From Isurus oxyrinchus (lineage: Eukaryota), in NCBI GenBank assembly GCA_026770705.1, contig JANJGN010000016.1, positions 85,870,001 to 85,934,000 on the forward strand: a DNA stretch of 64,000 nt. The letters run 5' to 3'. Shown here one piece after another: positions 43,259 through 53,589 of the stretch. Under the pieces are notes generated by a model. The model had not been told where the DNA came from and searched no databases. It was given only the letters and a program-made list of their open reading frames with translations. Made by a program: the position numbers and the translations under genes. Every line of letters starts with the position of its first letter. The first letter of the stretch is position 1.

Positions 43259-43520
43259 AGTCACTCTCACCCTCTCTCTGTCTCTCACTCACACTCACCC
43301 TCTCTCTGTATCCCACTCACACTCACCTTTAACTCACTCTCACCCTCTCTCTGTCTCTCACTCACACTCACCTTTAACTCACTCTCACCCTCTCTCTGTC
43401 TCTCACTCACACTCACCATTAACTCACTCTCACCCTCTCTCTGTCTCTCACTCACACTCACCTTTAACTCACTCTCACCCTCTCTCTGTCTCTCACTCAC
43501 ACTCACCTTTAACACTCTCT
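43259..43520. repeat. 45-bp CT/CA-rich minisatellite, ~5-6 copies, between V and J
   Basis: ACTCACTCTCACCCTCTCTCTGTCTCTCACTCACACTCACCTTTA repeated. Confidence 0.9.
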
Positions 43521-43643
43521 CTTTCCCTCTCTCTTCCTCTCAATGCCTTTTTTTTGTTGGGAGAATTGAGAATCCCAATTTTATGTGATAAATCTTTCAG
43601 CTGCTCTTCATATGTGGACATGTAAGGTAAGAGGTAAAGTGAC

Positions 43644-44129
43644 CATTATTATAAATTCTATATAACTGTGGGATGTGTCAGTACAGGAGGTGGGACAGTA
43701 TGTCCATTATTATATATTCTATGTAACTATGGGATGTGTCAGTACAGGAGGTGGTGGTGTGTGTCCATTATTATATATTCTATATAACTGTGGGATGTGT
43801 CAGTACAGGAGGTGGGACTGTGTGTCCATGATTATATATTCTATATAACTGTGGGATGTATCAGTACAGGAGGTGGGACGGTGTGTCCGTTATTATATAT
43901 TCTATATAACTGTGGGATGTGTCAGTTAGGAGGTGGGACTGTGTGTCCATTATTATATATTCTATATAACTGTGGGATGTATCAGTACAGGAGGTGGGAC
44001 AGTGTGTCCATTATTATTTATTCTATATAACTGTGGGATGTGTCAGTACAGGAGGTGGGACAGTGTGTCCATTATTATTTATTCTATATAACTGTGGGAT
44101 GTGTCAGTACAGGAGGTGGTGCTGTGTGT
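43644..44129. repeat. 61-bp minisatellite, 8 copies, between V and J and abutting the V nonamer
   Basis: CTATATAACTGTGGGATGTGTCAGTACAGGAGGTGGGACAGTGTGTCCATTATTATATATT repeated. Confidence 0.95.
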
Positions 44130-44134
44130 ATTGA

Positions 44135-44162
44135 GGTTTTTGTCATGCTCTGTATCACTGTG
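44135..44162 (-). other. V recombination signal, 12-bp spacer, perfect consensus
   Basis: On - strand: CACAGTG (44162-44156) + 12 nt + ACAAAAACC (44143-44135). Confidence 0.98.
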
Positions 44163-44457
44163 TTGGGGTTGCTGTTGTATTGCTGACAGGAATAATCAGC
44201 GACATCCTCATTCTGTACATTGCTGATTGTCAGGGTGAATTGAGTGCCAGATCCACTGCCGGTGAATCGCTCGGATGTTCCTGTGAATCGAGTTGTTGCC
44301 CCATAGATCAGGAGAGTCGGTTTCTGTCCTTCTCGCTGCTGGTACCAATTCACATAGCTGCTAACAGACTGACTGGCCGTACAGGTGATGGTGGCGGTCT
44401 GGCCCAGACTCACTGACACCAGGGGAGGCTGTTTCATGGTGATGTCCCCACTGATAC
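44163..44457 (-). CDS. IGKV: Ig light chain V exon, kappa class (leader part 2 GISG; mature V starts at 44446)
   Basis: Acceptor CCCCTCAG|GT; [94 protein letters not shown], then RSS. V-12/J-23 arrangement is kappa-type. Confidence 0.97.
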
Positions 44458-44643
44458 CTGAGGGGTAATAGAGAAACAGAGTGAAGTAAGAACTGTCACA
44501 CAAAGAGCCTGTAAAATGAGATATTGTTAGAGACAGTGACAGTTCCTCTGCTTTCAGCATTTTCCCTTCAATCACAAGTCAGTCGAATTGGATGGAAATG
44601 GAGAGCAGGAAAATATTCACGGTGGAAGGAGAGAGATTTGTAC

Positions 44644-44692
44644 CTGCGATGCAGAATGCCAGAGGCCAGATCAGCTGGATGGCTGAAATCAT
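44644..44692 (-). CDS. IGKV: Leader exon (MISAIQLIWPLAFCIA-G), followed by a 186-bp intron
   Basis: Kozak-like GACACCATG, hydrophobic 16-aa peptide, phase-1 donor GCAG|GTACAA in frame with the V exon. Confidence 0.93.
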
Positions 44693-44749
44693 GGTGTCTG
44701 CTCCTGTCCCTGTGCCTGGTCACTGATAAACTCTCCCTTCACTGGGCAA

Positions 44750-44850
44750 AGCTTTATAAAGCTGCAGCCTGTCAGAGTCTCACTGGCTGTTCCTCAGTAT
44801 GTAAATGGTATCACCCAGAGAGAACCACGTCAGCACCTTTCACTTCCTCT
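44750..44850 (-). promoter_or_regulatory. V-kappa promoter: TATA, variant octamer, CRE/ATF-like site, Ets-IRF composite element
   Basis: TTTATAAA 44753-44760; ATTTACAT 44799-44806 (consensus ATTTGCAT); TGACGTGG 44825-44832; AGAGGAAGTGAAA 44838-44850. Confidence 0.8.
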
Positions 44851-44854
44851 TCAA

Positions 44855-45117
44855 CTCTCTCCCTCCCTCTCTCAGTATCTGTCCATCACTCTCTCTCTAT
44901 CTCTCCCTCTCTCTGTCCGTCACTCCCTGTCTCTCTCTCCCTCTCGTTCTGCCTGTCTCCTTGTCTTGTTCTTTTTGTCTCACTCTCCTTGTTTGCTCTC
45001 TCTCTCCCTCCCCTTCTCTTCCTTTCTCTCTCTCTCCCTCTCACTCTTTGTCTCTCTTTCTCCCTAACTTTCTGTCTCTCTTTCTTTGTCCCTCCACCTA
45101 CTCATTTTTCTCTCTCC
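44855..45117. repeat. CT-rich low-complexity tract
   Basis: Polypyrimidine (CT)n-like. Confidence 0.9.
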
Positions 45118-45700
45118 TGAGAAGTGGGGTCAACCTCCTGGAATCCAATCTATCAAATCCCTTCAGGATTTTATATGTTTTAATAAGATCCCCTCTCATT
45201 CTTCTCCATTGCACTGACTGGAGTCCCAACCTGTCCAACCTGCCTTCATGAAATAAACCCCTCATCCCAGGAGTGAGCCGAATGAACCTTCTCTCAACTG
45301 CTTCGAACGCAATTATATCCTTTTTCAAATAAGGAGACCAAAACTGTACACACTGCTCCAGATGTGGTCTCACCAATGTCCCTGTACAGCTGCAGTAAAA
45401 CTTCCTTATGTTTATATTCCATTCCCCTTGCAACAAACTCCAACATTCCATGTGCCTTCCGAATCACTTGCTGCATCTGCAAACCAACTTTTTGTGATTC
45501 ATGCACCAGGACACCCAGATCCCTCTGGATCGCAGAGTTCTGCAGGATCTCTCTCCATTTAAATAATATCCTGCTTTTGTATTCTTCCTGCCTAGTTCAC
45601 ATTTTCACACATTACGCTCCATCTGCCAAATTGTTGTCCTCTCACTTAACCTGTCCATATCCCTTTGCAGACTCCCTACCTCCTCTTAACAAATTACATT
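45118..45700 (-). mobile_element. CR1 LINE RT C-terminal fragment
   Basis: LVRPHLEQCVQFWSPYLKKDIIAFEAVERRF...RMRGDLIKTYKILKGFDR. Confidence 0.92.
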
Positions 45701-46180
45701 CCTACCCATCTTGATGAGATCGACACATTTAGCTACCTTACAGGCCGCTCCGTGCCTCAGGGAGCTTTTCCTGTGCACACTCGCACTCATGCACAAAGCT
45801 CTCCGCTTACCCCCCTCCCTCCCACCCCCGACACAGGCAGCGCTGAGCGCTGTAGCACGTGGTTCACGCTGGGAGGGCTTTAATTGGCTCGCCAGTGTGA
45901 AATCCCTCTCAGGCTCCAATCACCGGCAGTGGTTGGCTTCCTGAACGCCCACTCTCACCCCCACCGAGTTCACCCGACGAGAGCAAAATCCTGGCCCATG
46001 AGCTCTCATCTTATGCAGCAATGTTTGATGTGTCAGCTTTTCAAATGCATTTAAAAATTCCGTGTACACCACATCTACAGTTTCCCCTTTATCCACCTTG
46101 CTTGTGACTTACTCAAAGGTGGACAATCACACATTGACAACAAGGAACTGTCCCACACATCAACCATGGTGTCCACGTCC

Positions 46181-46545
46181 CACTGGACCCTCCAATAGAG
46201 ACCAGTAAACATAGGCCTCCTTCTCACTGGACTCTCCAATAGAGACCAGTAAACATGGGCCTCCTTCCCACTGGACTCTCCAATAGAGACCAGTAAACAT
46301 GGGCCTCCTTCCCACTGGACTCTCCAATAGAGACCAGTAAACATAGGCCTCCTTCCCACTGGAGCCTCCAATAGGGACCAGTAAACATGGGCCTCCTTCC
46401 CACTGGAGCCTCCAATAGGGACCAGTAAACATGGGCCTCCTTCCCACTGGAGCCTCCAATAGGGACCAGTAAACATGGGCCTCCTTCCCACTGGAGCCTC
46501 CAATAGAGACCAGTAAACATGGGCCTCCTTCCCATTGGGCCTCCA
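46181..46545. repeat. 44-bp minisatellite, ~8 copies
   Basis: CCACTGGAGCCTCCAATAGGGACCAGTAAACATGGGCCTCCTTC repeated. Confidence 0.95.
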
Positions 46546-46619
46546 GTATCTGAGCTTCAAACTCCACATCTCTCCATCCCGTAAGCCTCTCATTTCCATC
46601 TCCACAACATTGTCCGTCT

Positions 46620-47185
46620 CTACACTACATCAGCCCCTTGACCACAGAAACCCTTATCCCTGTTTGTCTCGCCTCCTGATTCCATTATTCCGATGTCCTC
46701 TCCCGGCTTCCTTCATCCACGCTCCATAAATCCCAACTGTCTGAAATGCAGCATTCCATACCCTGGGCCACATGAAGTGTTGTTCCTACATTATCCTTGA
46801 TCTCGCTGACCTGTAACCCCTGACATCACTGCCCTCCAATTCCCTCCATGGCCTCACTCCTCCCTACCTCTGCATTCTGCTGCAGACTCACATTCCCTCC
46901 CTCACCCTTCCACCTTCTGACTCTGCTCTCCTGCCCATCGCTGCTTCATTCATCCCAACATTGACAGCAGAGCCTTCAGACACCTAGGCCCAGCTCCCTG
47001 AATTCCTGCCTTAATCCCTCCCCCTCTCCAGGCTTCTCTCTCCTCCATCAAACTCCATCCTTTCACGCAAGACTTCGATCCCTCTTCCTGAAGTCCCACC
47101 ATCCCCTCCCCCGTTCCTCTTACTGCAGCTCTCTGAAACCTCTTGGGATGTTTTTTATGTTAAGGCGCTATAAAAATTCACGTTG
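46620..47185 (+). mobile_element. Old L2-type LINE 3' end
   Basis: TCCCTCCATGGCCTC.. segment shared with other L2 remnants in the window; tail TTGGGATGTTTT..GTTAAGGCGCTATAAAAAT. Confidence 0.55.
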
Positions 47186-47272
47186 TCGATGAGAGAATTA
47201 TGCTCAGTGGTGATGGCTCCTGCAGTCAAATATCCTGCTATCAGGTCGAGGCTTCAACACACTGAGCAGCTC

Positions 47273-48105
47273 TTAGTGATGCACATTGAAGTCCTCCACA
47301 CTGAGTACATTCTGTGCCTTTGCCACTCTCAGTGCTCCCTCCAAGTGATGTTCAACATGGAGGGGCACTGCTTCACCAGCTGAGGGAGGGCAGTACGTGG
47401 TAATCAGCAGGAGGTTTCCTTGCCCATGTTTGACCTGATGCCATGTGACTTCATGGGGTTGGGTGTTGATGTTGATAACTCCCAGGGCAACTCCCTCCTG
47501 ACTGTATACCACTGTGTCACCACCTGTGCTGGGCCTGTCCTGCTGGTGGGATGGTGATGGTGGTGTCTGGGACATTATCTGTAAGGTATGATTCCGTGAG
47601 GATGACTCTGTCAGGCTGTTGCTTGACTAGTCTGTGAGACAGCTCTCCCAATTTTGGCACTAGTCCCTAGATGTCAGTCAGGAAGACTTTGCAGGGTGGA
47701 CAGGGCTGAGTTTCCTGTTGTCGTTTCCAGTGTCTCGATCAATGGTGGGTGGTCCGTCTGCTTTCATTCCTTTTAGACCTCATAGCAGTTTGGTACAAAT
47801 GGGAGGACATTTCAGAGGCAGTGAAGAGTCAACCACATTGCTGTGGGTCTGGAGTCACATGTAGGCCAGACCAGGTAAGGACAGCAGATTTCCTTCCCTA
47901 AAGGACATGAGTGAACCAGATGGGTTTTTACATCAATTGACAATGGTTTCATGGTCACCGTGACTGAGACTAAATTATGATTCTGGATGTATTAATTGAA
48001 TTTAAATTCCACCAGCTGCCGGGGTGGGATTTGAAAGTGTGACCCCAGAGCGTTACCCTGGGCCTCTGGATTACTGGTCCAGTAACATTGCCACTACCCC
48101 ACAGC
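47273..48105 (-). mobile_element. 5' part of a LINE-like element: tRNA-like head followed by APE endonuclease remnant
   Basis: Head GTAGTGGCAATGTTACTGGACCAGTAATCCAGAGG...TTCAAATCCCACC; ORF 47273..47575 with GGDTVVYSQEG, LITTYCPPSA and EDFNVHH (GDFN motif). Confidence 0.7.
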
Positions 48106-48294
48106 CTCCCCCGTGTTGTGCTCCCGAGTTCCATCGAAATGTATCCCAGCATGAAGTGTCCCTCAGGAGGGGAGAGGGAAGGTTTGGAGTTCTGAGCTCC
48201 ATTTCCCACTCCGGGCATTTTGTCTTCCAATGAATGAATGAGATGCCAATTTCGAGCCCAGGTTCGGGACAGTCTCGAGCTGTGGACCCAGGTC

Positions 48295-48430
48295 TACAAG
48301 AGGGAATTGGAAATCTCCCTGAAAAGGAAAGATTTGCTGGGTTATGGGGATAGAGAGGGGGAGTGGGTCTCACTGGGTAACTCACAGGCAGGATGGGCTG
48401 AATGGCCTCCTTCTGTGCTGTAAGATTCTA
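48295..48430 (+). mobile_element. CR1 3' tail fragment
   Basis: GATGGGCTGAATGGCCTCCTTCTGTGCTGTAAGATTCTA terminal motif. Confidence 0.65.
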
Positions 48431-48659
48431 GGTAGTGGACACGGTTCACAGTTTTCTCCCGTGTCAGTAACAAACATCCAGCTGCTCTGAGCTCCTTCTT
48501 TCACTTCCTCTCTTGGTTACGTTTCAGTCTTGCGATCGGACAATCTTTGCAGTTATTTTTTACACTGGGGGTTTCTGCTGTGGTCTGAATCTGTAATAAT
48601 AACTGTCCGATCAGTGAAAAGAACAGCAGCTAAGAGCAGTCAGGACTGAGGAGGCAGGC

Positions 48660-49380
48660 TCACTGGGAAACACATTGGGAAGATCAAAGCCATCGTCTTC
48701 AGCTCCCGATACAAACTCCATCCCTCTCCCTGAGCACTGTCTGCTGCTGAACCAGACTCTTCACAACCTTGGCCTCATCTTTCTGCTCCTCCACAGCTGC
48801 CAGCATCTCACCATTTACAAATTACTCTGATCCATCTTTCTTCGGTCCAAAGTGGATGATTTCACACTCCCCACGTTGAGCTCCATCTGCCATTGTCTTC
48901 AGTCCCCATCACAAACTCTGTTCCCTCATCACCGATTCCATCCCTCTCCCTGGGTCTGTCTGACACTGAATCACACAGTTCACAGCCATGGTGTCCAGTT
49001 TGAACCTGAGATGAGCTTCTGACCACATCATCCGCTCCATCACTAAGAAAGCCTATTTCCACCTCGGTAACATCGCCCGAGTCCGGCCTGCCTCAGACCA
49101 TCTGCTGCTGAGAATCTCCTCCATGTCTTTGTTCCCTGAAACGTGACGATTCCAATGCTGCCCTGGCCGGAGTCACACCTTCCACACTCCGTAAACATGA
49201 GCTCATCCCAAACTCTGCTGCCCGGATCTGAACTCACACCAAGTCCCGTTCACCCATCACCCCCTGTACTCACTGACCTCCCAGCCCAGCAATGTCTCGA
49301 TTTTAAAATTCTCATCCTTGTTCTCAAATCCCTCTCAGTCCTCGACACTCCCCATCTCTGTAACCTCCTCCAAGCCGCCT
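48660..49380 (+). mobile_element. Decayed L2-type LINE fragments
   Basis: LNIGKIKAIVF, TKKAYFHLGNIARVR and DFKILILVLKSL remnants. Confidence 0.65.
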
Positions 49381-49384
49381 AACT

Positions 49385-49850
49385 TAGTGTCGGCAGCAAT
49401 CTTGGATATATGGCTCTCTATTTCTTCATCCAAATCATTGATAAATATTGTGAAAAGCTGAGGCTCCAGCACAGATCCCTGGGGACATCACTATTCACAT
49501 CTTGCTCATTGGAGCACATACACATTATCCCTACTCTCTGTCTCCTGCCTCCTAACCAGTTCCTCATCCATGGCAACAGGTTTCCTCAAATTCCATCTGC
49601 TTCCATTTTTATTCACAGTCTCTCATGTTGAACCTTCTCGAATGTCTTCTGGAAATCCATATCAATAGAAAAGACTTTCCCTGATCTACCACATTAGTGA
49701 CCTCCTTAAAAAACGTAACCGGGTTAGTTAAAGATGTCTGACCCTTTTTAAATCCATGCTGACTCTCTCTGATCAGTTCATATTTATCACTCATTCTGTC
49801 TCTAATAACAGGTTCCAGTCACTTCCCCATTACAGACATTAAACTGAGAG
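49385..49850 (-). mobile_element. CR1 RT fragment
   Basis: LIRESQHGFKKGQTSLTNPVTFFKEVTNVVDQGK; VPQGSVL motif. Confidence 0.85.
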
Positions 49851-50469
49851 GTTAGTTCTGAATGATCCGAGTGCACAGCTAGCACAGACACAAGGGGCTG
49901 AATGGCCTCCTCCTGTGCTAGAGGCTTATCAGGCTCCTTGACTGAAACATATGGATGGGAACAGGAGGTGGGCTGGAGCTTAAACAATGAGTTAAATGTA
50001 GACAGAGTGTCATTAGTGGGTAATGTACAGTGTACATTGTGTCCATGAGCCTCTCGAAAAGATGTCTTTCTCTTTTTCCCTTTTCAGCTCCAGGCCTCTC
50101 ATTAAGGAGCTGAAAGAATATTTAGTGAAGAAGTTTGCGGAGTGTGCGGGCTGTGTCAAGGATTTCGGCAGTGACTGATGATTGCAGCTCCTTGTTCAGT
50201 CTGCTCCTCCCTCACCACTGATCAAGACATGTAACCTCGTGTCACACTGAGTGAGATTACAATCAATATCATAGCGTCAGTCACAGAAAACAACAGCATC
50301 ACAGTCTGAGACACTGGGACAGATATCACTGCGTCACGTCAAAGAACAGAGCCCTGATCCCCTCCCACCATGCTCAGAAACCATAGAGCATCGAAAATAT
50401 ACTGACAAACACCCCCTTATATTACACACTCACACCCAGAGAACATCTACAGAGGGACAAGGCAGGATA

Positions 50470-50907
50470 GAGATTGAGAGAGAGTGAGAGAGAGAGAGGG
50501 GGAGAGAGAGAGAGAGTGAGAGAGAGACAGGGAGATGGAGAGAGAGGCAGAGAGATAGAGAGAGAGAGGGTGAGATGGAGAGTTAGACATAGAGGGAGAG
50601 CGACATAGAGAGTTTGAGAGAGAGAGAGAGAGAGAGTGAGATAGAGAGAGCGAGAGAGCGGGAGAGAGGGATGGGTTAGTGTGAGTGAGAGGGAGATGGA
50701 GAGAGCGACAGAGATTGAGAGAGAGAGAGAGAGTGAGAGAGAGAGTGAGAGAGAGAGTGAGAGACAGAGAGTGAGAGAGAGGGATGAGATGAATGAGTTA
50801 GTGTGAGTGATAGGGAGGGAGATGGAGAGAGCGACAGAGATTGAGAGAGAGGGAGAGAGCGTGAGAGAGAGTGAGAGAGAGGGATGGGTTCGTGTGAGAG
50901 AGAGAGA
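50470..50907. repeat. (GA)n-rich simple repeat
   Basis: Direct inspection. Confidence 0.95.
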
Positions 50908-50939
50908 CTCTGTGTCAGCTCCTGTACCTGTCAGAGTGA

Positions 50940-51205
50940 AGAAGTCTTATTATAATTCTATCGGACCTTGGTGAGACCACACCTGGATTACTGTGTACAG
51001 ATTCGGTCTCCTTACCTAAGGAAGGATATACCAGCCTTGGAAGGAGTGCAGCAGAGATTCCCCAGAGTGATTCCTGGGATGAGGGGATTGTCCGATGAGG
51101 AGAGATTGAGTAGACTGGGACATTATTCCGTGGAGTTTAGAAGAATGAGAGGTGATCCCATTGAAACATATAAAATTCTTAAAGTGATTGACAGGGTAGA
51201 CAGTG
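50940..51205 (+). mobile_element. CR1 RT C-terminal fragment
   Basis: LVRPHLDYCVQIRSPYLRKDIPALEGVQQRF...RMRGDPIETYKIL. Confidence 0.9.
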
Positions 51206-51532
51206 ACAGGGTGAGACCGGCAGCTTCCCTCACTGAGTCCCTTGTGTTTTACAGCAATCCAGCAGGATTTATGGACAATTTCTGCAGCCAGAACACAAAT
51301 GATCAGATTTATCCAATTCCATTTCACTATTTCCCATCCTGGGATTTGAACTCATCTCCTCTGGGTTACTGGCTCAATCCCATTCCCTACAGGGAAGAAG
51401 TGGTGGTGTGGTTTGAGAGAGGCTGAAAGGCAGGGAGCAAGGGGACTGCATTAACTGTGGATCTACAGAGCAACAGGTTAGTCTGCAAAAAACTGCAGCA
51501 CAGGTGGAGAGAATGGACAGTAACCTCGTTCC

Positions 51533-51865
51533 ACCTGATCTCCATCCCTCCCTCTGAGTGTCTGACCTTCCTCTCAGATACACACCTCCCTGATCTCCAT
51601 CCCTCCCTCTGAGTGTCCGACCTTCCTCTCAGATACACATCTCCCTGATCTCCATCCCTCCCTCTGGGTGTCCCACATTCCTCTCAGATGCACACCTCCC
51701 TGATCTCCATCCCTCGCTCTGAGTGTCCCACATTCCTCTCAGATGCACACCTCCCTGATCTCCATCCCTCTCCCTGAGTGACCAAACTTCCTCTCAGATA
51801 CACACCTCCCTGATCTCTATCCCTCTCCCTGAGTGACCGAACTTCCTCTCAGATACACACCTCAC
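51533..51865. repeat. 55-bp minisatellite, 6 copies
   Basis: CTGATCTCCATCCCTCCCTCTGAGTGTCCGACCTTCCTCTCAGATACACACCTCC repeated. Confidence 0.9.
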
Positions 51866-51889
51866 TGAGCTTCACCCCTGGTGTATCCG

Positions 51890-53100
51890 AGCTCCATCCC
51901 TCTCCTGAACAGCTCTCCATCCCTCTCTCTATCTGACCTCCATCCCTCTCTCTCTGACCTCCAAATTCTCTCTATCTGACCTTCATCTCTCTCTCTCTGA
52001 CCTCCATCCCTGTAGTTATCTGACCTCTATCCCACTCTCTATCCAACCTCCATCCCTCTCTCGCTCTGACCTCCATCCCTCTCTCTATCTGATCTTCATT
52101 CCTCTCTCTATCTGACCTCCATCCGTCTTTCTCTCTAACCTCCATCCGTCTTTCTCTCCAACCTCCATCCCTCTCTCCATCTGACCTCTACTCTTCTCTC
52201 TATCTCATCTCCAGCCTACTCTCTATCTGGACTCCAGCCATCCCTCTAGCTGACCTCCATCTCTATCTCTACCTGTCCTCCACCCCTCTCCCTTCTGACC
52301 TCCACCCCTCTCTCTACCTGAGCTCCAGCATCTCTCCACCTGAACGCATCCCTCGGTCCATCTGACATCCATCACTCTGCGTTTCAGACCTCCATCCCTC
52401 TCTCTATCTGACTCCATCCCTCTCTCTATCTGACCTCCATCCCTCTCTCTACCTGACTCCATCCCTCTCTCTATCTGACTCCATCCCTCTCTCTATCTGC
52501 CCTCTATCCTTCTCTCTATCTGAGCTCCATCCCTCTCTTTATCTGACCTTCATCCCTCTCTCTATCTGACTCCATCCCTCTCTCTATCTGACTCCATCCC
52601 TCTCTCTATCTGACCTCCATCCCTCTCTCTATCTGACTCCATCCCTCTCTCTATCTGAGCTCCATCCCTCTCTCTATCTGACCTACATCTCTCTCTCTTC
52701 CTGTTCTCCACACCTATCCCTATCTGACATCCACCCCTCTCTCAACCTGAGCTCCAGACATCTCTCCACCTGACCTCCATCCCTCGCTCCATCTGACCAC
52801 CATCACTCTGCATTTCAGCCCTTCATTCCTCTCTCTATCTGACCTCCACCCCTCTCTCTATATGACTCCATCCCTCTATCTGATATATATCCTTTCTCTA
52901 CCTAACCTCCATCTCTCTGTCTATCTGACCTCCATCACTCTCTCTATCTGACCTCCAACCCTCTGTCTGAACTCTATCCCTTTCTCTACCTGACCTCCAT
53001 CTCTCTGTCTATCTGACCTCCAACCCTTCTCTAATTGACTTTCACCCCTCCCTCTAATTAACCTCCATCCCTCTCTCTATCTATCCTCTATCCCTCTCTC
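51890..53100. repeat. Diverged ~23-bp CT-rich tandem repeat
   Basis: CTATCTGACCTCCATCCCTCTCT variants. Confidence 0.9.
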
Positions 53101-53589
53101 TATTTTAGCTGCTGACGCTCAGATCTGACACAATTACAGTTAATCCCGTTATGAACAATGTCGGCCTATTTGGAATGTCAGTTTGATGAAGTCAGTTTGA
53201 GCCATTACTCCAAGGACATCACAGATGGTTTGTACGTAGCGTAACCCACGAACCAGAGAATTGTGTCAGTAAACACAGAGAGAATGAAAGATACAATTAA
53301 ATCTTGATTAATATGGTTATCAGAGCTGTGTCACTACATAGTTAAAATGTTAGTGATGATATATCCTGCGGAGTAATATATAGAGAGGCCTGAGTAATAA
53401 GTCATATGTATCATATTATATGATATAAAATATGTATTACAAATATATGTCATCTATATACAGTAATATATGCAGACCAGATTATTGTGCCAATATATAA
53501 AGATCTGCAAAAAGCTGCAATAAAATTTTATTAATAAGTTGCTCAGCAAAATGTCATTATTATAGTTTAACAATGGCTACTTATTGGTG

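Noticed and set aside
43644-44129. Cryptic RSSs in the 61-bp units (CACAGTT + 23 nt + ACACAGTCC)
   Set aside because: The nonamer lacks the central A-tract, so it is too weak to call.
44458-44575. N-terminal extension of ORF 44084..44575 (and its tail past the RSS)
   Set aside because: This is read-through of intron and RSS. The true start is the leader exon ATG at 44692.
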